Below, piece after piece: positions 9,714 to 18,100 of a DNA stretch of 64,000 nucleotides. The DNA comes from an uncultured delta proteobacterium (GTDB lineage: Bacteria; Desulfobacterota; Binatia; Binatales; Binataceae): contig CAVQEQ010000004.1 in NCBI GenBank assembly GCA_963711565.1, forward strand, positions 128,001 through 192,000. The letters run 5' to 3'. The number at the start of each line of letters is the position of its first letter. Positions within the stretch are counted from its first letter, which is position 1. The position numbers were made by a program, and so were the translations under genes. The notes below the pieces were generated by a model, which was not told where the DNA came from, did no database searches, and saw only the letters and a program-made list of their open reading frames with translations.

Positions 9714-9881
9714 ATGCGCCACCAAACGGGAGCTTACCGGCTATTCGCAAATTCAAACGGTCAGACGATGGCCGAGTATGCATTGATACTTGCAACGATT
9801 GCGCTCGTAACGGCGGCCCTATACCAGAATGCGAGCACTATCCTCGATTCATTAGTCAACAACGTATGCTCGCTGTTTTAG
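9714..9881 (+). CDS. flp: Second Flp family pilin (55 aa, absent from the ORF track)
   Basis: GGAGGGG RBS; manual translation MRHQTGAYRLFANSNG|QTMAEYALILATIALVTAALYQNASTILDSLVNNVCSLF*. Confidence 0.88.
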   Translation: MRHQTGAYRLFANSNGQTMAEYALILATIALVTAALYQNASTILDSLVNNVCSLF

Positions 9882-9967
9882 CCGGCTCGCCGTGCGGGTC
9901 ATTGGCGCTCGCATCGGCCGTCCTCGTGTACATCTCGCTGGCAACGAGCATCGACGGGAAGTGCTAG
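9882..9967 (+). pseudogene. Probable remnant of a third Flp pilin 3' end
   Basis: Reads ...LALASAVLVYISLATSIDGKC*, against flp1 ...LLSSVDGKL* (agcatcgacgggaagtgctag vs agcgttgacggtaagctctag). Confidence 0.4.
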
Positions 9968-10037
9968 GCGCTCACGCGGCAATCTGCTAATTAGGGGGGC
10001 GCTGGCTGGTGTTTGCCCCCCTTTCACCAATCGGCTT

Positions 10038-10074
10038 CGGGCTGGCGATCGATGTCGCTGGCCCGTAACTTTTT
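10038..10074 (+). terminator. Rho-independent terminator for the flp transcript
   Basis: CGGGCTGGCGA-tcgatg-TCGCTGGCCCG (two G-U pairs) followed by taacTTTTT. Confidence 0.6.
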
Positions 10075-10113
10075 AAAAAGTAAGAGGGCCGTCGATAAAT
10101 TCGACGGCCCTCT
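10075..10113 (-). terminator. Rho-independent terminator of giant surface protein 1
   Basis: AGAGGGCCGTCGA-taaat-TCGACGGCCCTCT, with a T-run downstream on the minus strand. Confidence 0.75.
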
Positions 10114-10138
10114 ATTACCTGATTCGATACGAGGATTC

Positions 10139-13100
10139 CTAGGGTGCCTTGCCACTGCCGGACAGCGCGTACTTCTGGCTGCCGGAGCCGCCCTGGTCAA
10201 CAAAGGTCACCTGGCCGGCGCGCGCGCCGGTAGTGGTCGGCGTGAAGTCGATGCTGACCGTACAGGTGCCGCTCGGCGCGACCATGGTCCCGCTGCAACC
10301 GTCTGCCGTGATTGAATAATCGGACGACAGTGCGCTCACCGTCGCGGAGGTGAACGGCAACGGGAGCGTGTTGGGGTTGGTGACCGTGATCGAGCTCGGT
10401 CCCGCAGTGGTTCCTACCGTTACCGCGCCGAAGGCGAGCGACGACGGCGAGAAGGTCGGCGCCAGCAGCGTGCCGGTGCCGGTCAGGCTGCTCGTCCCAC
10501 CGGAGTTGCTGAAGTTGCCGTTGAACGTGAGAGTGCCGGTGGCAGCGCCGGTCGCAGTCGGACTGAAGGTCACCGTTTCGGTGCAGCTGCTGTTCGCCGC
10601 CAGCACCCCGGTGCATCCGTCGCTGATGATTGCGAAGTTGCCCGACACCGCGACGCTGCTGATGGTCACGGCGATAGCGTTGTTATTCTTCACCGTCGCG
10701 ATCTTGGTCCCGCTGGTCAAACCCACTACCACACTGCCAAAGGCGGTCGTGGGCGGAAGGGTGATCGACGGGGCTACGCCCGCGCCGCTAAGCGTGACCG
10801 TGTTTGGAGCGTTCGCGGCGCCTGAGGGAACGTTCGCCGTGCCGGTAAAGCTGCCAACCGCGGAGGCGGTGAAACTTACCGTGAACACGCAGCTGTCGCC
10901 CGGCGTCCCGTTCACCGCCAGCGTCTGCCCCGAACACGGCTGGAAGTTCGCATTCAACTCGCAGGTTCCGCCGCCCGTGCAGCTCGTCTCGTCGCTCGGT
11001 CCGGTGCAGGCAGCGCCGGGATTGGCGCCCTCAACGCACGCATACATATTGACCAGCGTGCAGGTTCCGCCGCCCGTGCAGCTCGTCACGTCGCTGGTCC
11101 CGGTGCAGCTGGCGCCGGGGTTGGTGCCGCCCGCGCAGTCATAGAGCTTGACTGTTGGGAAAGCAGGATTGACGGCGCAGGTTCCTCCGTCCAGACAGCT
11201 CGTGACGTCGCTGGCGCCGAGGCAGTTGGCGCCGGGGTTGGAGCCGCCCGAGCACACATAGAGGTTGACCGGCTGGAAGTTCGGATTCAGGACGCAAGTC
11301 CCGCCGCCCGTACAGTCACTGTCCTCCGTGCATGCGGCGCCCGGGATGGAGCCGCCCAGGCACGCATCACCCGACATGGGCGTTGTGGCCGTCGAAGCGG
11401 CGATCGTACCGATCGAGACCGGGACGGCGGACTGATTCAGCGCCGTGACCCCGTTGTAGCCATAGGTCGTGGTCGTGCCCCAATTCGCGAACGTCGAGTT
11501 ACCGAACGCCAGGCCGTAGGGCGTGACCTTCAACTCCGCCATCACGACCTGACCGACGGTGTTCGAGGTGCTGGTAATGTAGAGGCAGCCGGTTGGATTG
11601 GGCGTATAGACCGCCGTCATGTTGTAGCTGCCCGGCGTAAGCGTCGAGGTAGTGCATTGCGCCTGGTCGGAAGTTGGACTGCCGAGAGCTACGTCCGAGC
11701 AGATGGGCGTGGCGCCGGCATTGAACGTCACCGTGCCGCAAGTGATCGGATCTGAGGAGTCGTCGGTCACCGTCGCAGTGAAAGTCAGCGGCTGACCGTA
11801 GAGTGACGGAGTGGTGCCGCTGGTCAGGGCCAGGTTGGTGTTACTCGGCACTGCGGTGGCGGTTGGCGTTGCCGTCGGCGTCTCGGTCGCGGTCTCAGTC
11901 GGGACGATTGTTTCAGTTGGTGTCGCCGTTGCCGTCTCAGTCGCCGTCGCCGTCTCGGTTGCAGTCACGGTCGGCGTAGCTGTCGCAGTTACGGTCGGTG
12001 TTGCTGTCGCGGTCACAGTCGCGGTTGCCGTCGCGGTCACGGTCGGCGTTGCTGTTGCGGTCACGGTCGCCGTTGCTGTTGCGGTTGCAGTCACAGTCGC
12101 CGTTGCCGTTGCAGTGACAGTCGGCGTTGATGTTGCTGTCTTCGTCGCGGTCGCTGTTGCGGTCGCTGTCTTCGTTGCGGTCGGCGTGGGTGTCGCCGCA
12201 ACAAAACAGGTGATTACGATCAGGCCGCCTGTGCCTGCGCCGCCTCCATCACCGGCACCGCCGCCACCTGCGCCGTAAGTGCCGCCGACTCCGCCAACAA
12301 TGGTCTGAGACCCTCCGCTGCCGCCGCCTCCACTCCCGAACGCAGGTGAAGTTTCATATTCTGTGCCGTCACCGCCGGCTATCCCGAAGAAGGGAGCGAC
12401 GCCTGAACCGCCCGCTCCACCAAAGCCGTTATCACCTGAGCCTCCCGGACCAGCGCTCGTCGAGGTTCCACCCGCTCCGGCATCACCCGCCCCGTTGGGC
12501 CCGGCCGCTCCTCCGCCTCCTCCAGAGCCGATGGCGGGATTGCTGGTGCCACCTGCGCCACCCGCGAACATGAAACCGGTGCCGCTTGCACCGCCGGCGC
12601 CGCCTGTATTACCCGATCCCGTTGATCCGCCCGCCGCACCGCACGAGGCGCTACTTATGCTCGTGCCGTTGAAATAAGTGCCGCCTCCGTTCGCGTCTGC
12701 CGCGCCTCCAGCTCCGATTGCGAAAGCAATGTTGTTGCCGGTCGTAAGCGAGAGGTTGCTGATCTTGCTATAGGCACCACCGCCGCCACCTCCGGATGAA
12801 GCACCGGAGGCACCGCCGGCACCGCCACCGATGCATTCAATGGTGTTATTGGAGCCGTTGCAGCTGCTCGGAACCGTCCAGCTGGTACCGGAGGTGAGGA
12901 AGATGACGGTCGTGGTCGGAATGGGCGTTGGAGTCATCGTCACCGTCGCGGTGGCGGTTACGGTTGGGGTTGCGGTCGCTGTTATGGTCGCAGTGGCAGT
13001 GACGGTCGGAGTCCTGGTCGCCGTCACGGTGGCCGTCGCAGTTGGCGTCGCGGTCGCGGTTCTGGTGGCCGTTGTGGTTGGGGTAGTCGTCGCAGTCGCG

Positions 13101-14989
13101 GTTGCGGTCCGGGTGGCCGTTGCAGTCGCTGTCGCGGTCTTGGTCGCGGTGACCGTCGGGGTTGGGGTCGCAGTTCTGGTCGGCGTCGGCGTGGCGCATC
13201 CGGCTCCATACCCGGTCACGACCAGGCCGTTTGCGGTAGAGAACGCGTAAGAGGTGCCCGTTCCCGCCCCCTGCAGGTAAAACGTATACGATCCCTGCGG
13301 GGTGTCGCATGCAGTCTTGATCGTCATTGTCGAGGCTGCGCAAGTGTTACCCTGACGACTAAATGTCACCGTCACGCCAGTCGGCACCGTCCATGCGGTA
13401 CCCGGTGTACCCGGATCCCCGGCCGTCCCCGCCGGATTGACGAGGCTGTAAGTGACGTCGCCGCTGGTGGACGTGCAATCGACCGAATACGTCGCTCCGG
13501 TAGTTGCTCCTGTGCCTCCGGCAAGAACCGGGCTGGGTGACTGCGCCCCAAGCGTTACGCCAGTTATATGGTCGGTGAAGCGATCCTGCGCGGTCAGGCC
13601 CGAGGTCTGCCCCGTCGCCGTCATCTCGAACACGACGCCGCCGTCGGTGTCGGTAATTTCGAAATTGTTGCCGTCGGTGAATGAGCCGGTGGAATCCGCC
13701 GTGTCAGTGAATTCGGTATTTTCGTTATTAGACTGTTGAATCTGGATGAGCACTGTCTCGTTCGGCGCCCATCCGGTGCCATAAATAATGACGGGGGAGC
13801 CGGGCGGATAGTCGGGCATGTCAGTGCGGATGGTCTGGTAGGAATACATCTCGGACAGCGCCAGTGGGGTGCCCGTGCTGTCCACGCCGCCGCTCACCAG
13901 CACCTGCCCGACCGCGGGCAGCGCAAAGAAGTTGGCCGCGAACTCGTCGCGCGCAACGCTCATCATCTCGTTGGCGACGAAGGTGCCGGCGACAGGATCG
14001 TAGAGTTCGTTCGCGGTGACCGGTGCGCCCTCGCTGCTGCCGCCGGCGATCAGCACCTTGCCGTTGTACGGCAGCGTCACGCCGACGTGGCTGCTGCGCG
14101 GCGTGATCATCGGCGCGGTGAGCGTCGTGAAAGTATCAGTCGTGGGATTGAACTCTTCCGCCGTATCCAGGTCGTTGCCGTTGGCATCCTGACCGCCCTC
14201 GATCAGCACATCGCCGTTAAGATCGAGCAGCATCGACGCGCTGGCCAGAGTGCGCGCAGTGTTGAGATCGCCGACCTCGGTAACGGTGTTGCCGTTGGGA
14301 TTAAAAATCTCCGCGCTGCTCAGCACTCCTGTCGTGTTCGAGCCGCCCGCGATCAGCACGGTGCCGTTGGTAAGCAGCGTGGCGGTCTGATCCTCGCGCG
14401 CATACTCCAACGAGGTCGTCAGCGCGAAGGTGCGCGTGGACGGATCGAAAATCTCGAGGTTGGCGAGTGGCGCCGTGGCGGACTCGCCGCCGGCGATCAG
14501 CACGCGGCCGTCGGCCAGCAGCGTCGCGGTGTGATGGCTGCGCGCTCGTTTCATCGCGGGCAGCTCAAGAAATTCGCCCGACACCGGATCGTATAGTTCG
14601 GCCGCCGCGACCGATTTGTTTGCGCCGTTGAGTCCGCCCGCGAGCAGGACGGTGTTGTCATTGAGGACTGTGGCGGTCAGACCGGAGACGCCGGTCGCGA
14701 GGCCGCTCGGCAAAGTTGTAAAGCTGTTGGTCGACAGATCGAAAATCTCGGCGCTCTTGAGCGGCTTGCCCGAACTGCCGACGCCGCCGACGATCAGTGC
14801 CTGGCCGTTGGGCAGCATCGCGGCGGCGTGATTCGCACGCCCCGTGTTGAGGCTGCCGGAAATCGTCCACGCGCCCGGCGCCTCGGCCGAAATCGGTAGC
14901 GCCAGCAGCAGGACGACGAACAGAGCTTTGAGGACAATAGAGCCCATGCGACCCGCGATTTTGCGGGAACCTGGATCGGCCGATTTCAT
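10139..14989 (-). CDS. Large secreted multidomain surface protein 1: Kelch propeller + Ig + variable domain + Gly-rich domain + Thr-rich linkers + Big-like Ig + Cys-rich repeats + ASH/choice-of-anchor D domains
   Basis: Signal peptide; repeated R..H.ATLL.DG.VLIAGG....SAE.YDP Kelch units; TSGTSWTVP..ECIGGG Gly-rich domain; TATPT linkers; SSLAFG...TVTN...C.G......CTV.F.P ASH units. Confidence 0.88.
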   Translation of the reverse strand: MKSADPGSRKIAGRMGSIVLKALFVVLLLALPISAEAPGAWTISGSLNTGRANHAAAMLPNGQALIVGGVGSSGKPLKSAEIFDLSTNSFTTLPSGLATGVSGLTATVLNDNTVLLAGGLNGANKSVAAAELYDPVSGEFLELPAMKRARSHHTATLLADGRVLIAGGESATAPLANLEIFDPSTRTFALTTSLEYAREDQTATLLTNGTVLIAGGSNTTGVLSSAEIFNPNGNTVTEVGDLNTARTLASASMLLDLNGDVLIEGGQDANGNDLDTAEEFNPTTDTFTTLTAPMITPRSSHVGVTLPYNGKVLIAGGSSEGAPVTANELYDPVAGTFVANEMMSVARDEFAANFFALPAVGQVLVSGGVDSTGTPLALSEMYSYQTIRTDMPDYPPGSPVIIYGTGWAPNETVLIQIQQSNNENTEFTDTADSTGSFTDGNNFEITDTDGGVVFEMTATGQTSGLTAQDRFTDHITGVTLGAQSPSPVLAGGTGATTGATYSVDCTSTSGDVTYSLVNPAGTAGDPGTPGTAWTVPTGVTVTFSRQGNTCAASTMTIKTACDTPQGSYTFYLQGAGTGTSYAFSTANGLVVTGYGAGCATPTPTRTATPTPTVTATKTATATATATRTATATATTTPTTTATRTATATPTATATVTATRTPTVTATATITATATPTVTATATVTMTPTPIPTTTVIFLTSGTSWTVPSSCNGSNNTIECIGGGAGGASGASSGGGGGGAYSKISNLSLTTGNNIAFAIGAGGAADANGGGTYFNGTSISSASCGAAGGSTGSGNTGGAGGASGTGFMFAGGAGGTSNPAIGSGGGGGAAGPNGAGDAGAGGTSTSAGPGGSGDNGFGGAGGSGVAPFFGIAGGDGTEYETSPAFGSGGGGSGGSQTIVGGVGGTYGAGGGGAGDGGGAGTGGLIVITCFVAATPTPTATKTATATATATKTATSTPTVTATATATVTATATATATVTATATPTVTATATATVTATATPTVTATATPTVTATETATATETATATPTETIVPTETATETPTATPTATAVPSNTNLALTSGTTPSLYGQPLTFTATVTDDSSDPITCGTVTFNAGATPICSDVALGSPTSDQAQCTTSTLTPGSYNMTAVYTPNPTGCLYITSTSNTVGQVVMAELKVTPYGLAFGNSTFANWGTTTTYGYNGVTALNQSAVPVSIGTIAASTATTPMSGDACLGGSIPGAACTEDSDCTGGGTCVLNPNFQPVNLYVCSGGSNPGANCLGASDVTSCLDGGTCAVNPAFPTVKLYDCAGGTNPGASCTGTSDVTSCTGGGTCTLVNMYACVEGANPGAACTGPSDETSCTGGGTCELNANFQPCSGQTLAVNGTPGDSCVFTVSFTASAVGSFTGTANVPSGAANAPNTVTLSGAGVAPSITLPPTTAFGSVVVGLTSGTKIATVKNNNAIAVTISSVAVSGNFAIISDGCTGVLAANSSCTETVTFSPTATGAATGTLTFNGNFSNSGGTSSLTGTGTLLAPTFSPSSLAFGAVTVGTTAGPSSITVTNPNTLPLPFTSATVSALSSDYSITADGCSGTMVAPSGTCTVSIDFTPTTTGARAGQVTFVDQGGSGSQKYALSGSGKAP

Positions 14990-15078
14990 ATTTTATCCTT
15001 CCCGTTTCCGCTCAATTCGAGCATTGCGGGCTCGTGCAAACCCCCGAACGACGTTGCGATCTCCCCCACTCTCGCGCG

Positions 15079-15111
15079 AAAAAGGGCCGTCGATAAGTTC
15101 GACGGCCCTCT
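15079..15111 (-). terminator. Rho-independent terminator of giant surface protein 2
   Basis: AGGGCCGTCGA-taagt-TCGACGGCCCT with a T-run on the minus strand; copy of the 10083 hairpin. Confidence 0.75.
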
Positions 15112-15135
15112 GCTTCTGATTCGATACGAGGACTC

Positions 15136-18100
15136 CTAGGGCGCCTTGCCACTACCGGACAGCGCGTACTTCTGGCTGCCGGAGCCGCCCTGATCAACAA
15201 AGGTCACCTGCCCGGCGCGACCACCGGTAGTGGTCGGGGTGAAGTCGATGCTGACCGTACAGGTGCCGCTCGGCGCGACCATAGTCCCGCTGCAACCGTC
15301 TGCCGTGATTGAATAGTCAGACGACAGTGCGCTCACCGTCGCGGAAGTGAACGACATCGTGACCGTGTTGGGGTTGGTGACCGTGATCGAGCTCGGTCCC
15401 GCAGTGGTTCCTACCGTCACCGCGCCGAAGGCAAGCGACGACGGCGAGAAGGTCGGCGCCAGCAGCGTGCCGGTGCCGGTCAGGCTGCTCGTCCCACCGG
15501 AGTTGCTGAAGTTGCCGTTGAACGTGAGAGTGCCGGTGGCAGCGCCGGTCGCAGTCGGACTGAAGGTCAGCGTTTCGGTGCAGCTGCTGTTCGCCGCCAG
15601 CACCCCGGTGCATCCGTCGCTGATGATTGCGAAGTTGCCCGACACCGCGACGCTGCTGATGGTCACGGCGATAGCGTTGTTATTCTTCACCGTCGCGATC
15701 TTGGTCCCGCTGGTCAAACCCACTACCACACTGCCAAAGGCGGTCGTGGGCGGAAGGGTGATCGACGGGGCTACGCCCGCGCCGCTAAGCGTGACCGTGT
15801 TTGGAGCGTTCGCGGCGCCTGAGGGAACGTTCGCCGTGCCGGTAAAGCTGCCAACCGCGGAGGCGGTGAAACTTACCGTGAACACGCAGCTGTCGCCCGG
15901 CGTCCCGTTCACCGCCAGCGTCTGCCCCGAACACGGCTGGAAGTTCGCGTTCAACTCGCAGGTTCCGCCGCCGGTGCAGCTCGTTTCGTCGCTCGGTCCG
16001 GTGCAGGCAGCGCCGGGATTGGCGCCCTCAACGCACGCATACATATTGACCAGCGTGCAGGTTCCGCCGCCCGTGCAGCTCGTCACGTCGCTGGTCCCGG
16101 TGCAGCTGGCGCCGGGGTTGGTGCCGCCCGCGCAGTCATAGAGCTTGACTGTTGGGAAAGCAGGATTGACCGCGCAGGTTCCTCCGTCGGTGCAGCTCGT
16201 GACGTCGCTGGCGCCGAGACAGTTGGCGCCGGGGTTGGAGCCGCCCGAGCACACATAGAGGTTGACCGGCTGGAAGTTCGGATTAAGGACGCAAGTCCCG
16301 CCGCCCGTACAGTCACTGTCCTCCGTGCATGCGGCGCCCGGGATGGAGCCGCCCAGGCACGCATCACCCGACATGGGCGTCGTGGCCGTCAACGCGGTGA
16401 TCGTATCGATCATGACCGGGACCGCGGACTGATTGAGCGCCGTGACCCCGTTGTAGCCATAGGTCGTGGTCGTGCCCCAATTCGCGAACGTCGAGTTACC
16501 GAATGCCAGGCCGTAGGGCGTGACCTTCAACTCCGCCGTCACGACCTGACCGACGGTGTTCGAGGTGCTGGTAATGTAGAGGCAGCCGGTTGGATTGGGC
16601 GTATAGACCGCCGTCATGTTGTAGCTGCCCGGCGTAAGCGTTGAGGTAGTGCACTGCGCCTGGTCGGAAGTTGGGCTGCCGAGGGCTACGTCCGAGCAGA
16701 TGGGCGTGGCGCCGGCATTGAACGTCACCGTGCCGCAGGTGATCGGGTTTGCGGAGTCGTCGGTCACAGTCGCGGTGAAAGTCAGCGGCTGACCGTAGGG
16801 TGCCGGAGTGGTGCCGCTGGTCAGGGCCAGGTTGGTGTTACTCGGCACTGCGGTGGCGGTTGGCGTTGCCGTCGGCGTCTCGGTCGCGGTCTCAGTCGGC
16901 ACGATCGTTTCAGTTGGTGTCGCCGTGGCCGTCTCAGTCGCCGTTGCCGTCTCGGTTGCAGTTACGGTTGGCGTCGCTGTCGCGGTCACGGTTGGCGTCG
17001 CTGTCGCGGTCACGGTCGCGGTTGCCGTCGCGGTCAGGGTCGCCGTTGCTGTTGCAGTCACAGTCGGCGTTGCCGTTGCAGTCACGGTTGGCGTTGCCGT
17101 CGCGGTCACGGTCGCAGTGGCCGTTGCAGTCACAGTCGGCGTTGCCGTCGCCGTCACAGTCGGTGTTGCCGTCGCAGTGACAGTTGGCGTTGCCGTTGCG
17201 GTCACAGTCGGTGTTGCCGTCGCGGTCACGGTTGCTGTAGCTGTCGCCGTTTTAGTTGGCGTAGCCGTCGCGGTCACAGTGGGCGTTGGCGTTGGTCCGA
17301 CCAGGTAGGTCAGGACGATGAGACCTTGCTGTCCCGAACCGCCTGCTTCAGCGCTGGTGCCGCCGCCGCCGCCCGCTGCTCCGTAGGTGCCGCCCGCACC
17401 GCCTGGATTGGCCGGAGATTCGTCGCCGCCGCCACCGCCGCCGCCCGAGCCATAGGCTGGCGATGTTGAGTATTCCGTACCGTCGCCGCCGGCACCGCCG
17501 GGGCCTCCGTTGCCACCCGCCCCGCCTGCTCCACCGCTGCCGGCGTCGCCGGTGCCTCCCGCTCCGCCGTTCGAACTGGTCGGTGTGCCTCCGACGGCTC
17601 CTGTGCCGTTAAGTCCCGCTGCACCGCCGCCGCCGCCACCGCCGCGGGAAGTAGTAGCCGTGAAGCCGCCGCCGCCGCCGGCAAATTTCGGCGATCCTAC
17701 GTCAGTGGTCGTGGTGTTTGCCGCGCCGGCTGCGGTTGTAGTCCCGCTCGCGCCGCCTTTTGCTGCGCAACAGACACCTGCCGTGCACGTCAAGCTCGTG
17801 GCGTTAAACCAGGTTGCGCCGGTCGTCGAGGGCGAGCCACCAGCCGCGCCAAGTTGAAAGCTGATGCTGTTGCCGGGCGTGACGGTCAGAGTTGCGAGCT
17901 GAGCGTAGTCGCCACCCGCACCGCCGCCGCCTCCATGATTGCCGGCGCCACCGGTCGAGCCGTTACCGCCGGCTCCGATGCACTCGGCCATTACCGAAGT
18001 GACGCCGGGCGGAACTGTCCAACTGGTGCCGGAAGTCAGAACGGTGGTGGTTGGCGTTGGGGTCGGCGTCGCGGTTGCGGTTACGGTCGCAGTGGGTGTG

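Noticed and set aside
9500-9967. 155-aa ORF in the ORF track
   Set aside because: Runs through hairpins and overlaps the real flp2 in another frame; only its last ~25 codons look like a pilin remnant
11850-13200. Periodic DNA repeats as a possible CRISPR array or satellite
   Set aside because: Degenerate codon-level repeats encoding TAT/TPT linkers; no constant repeat with unique spacers and no cas genes
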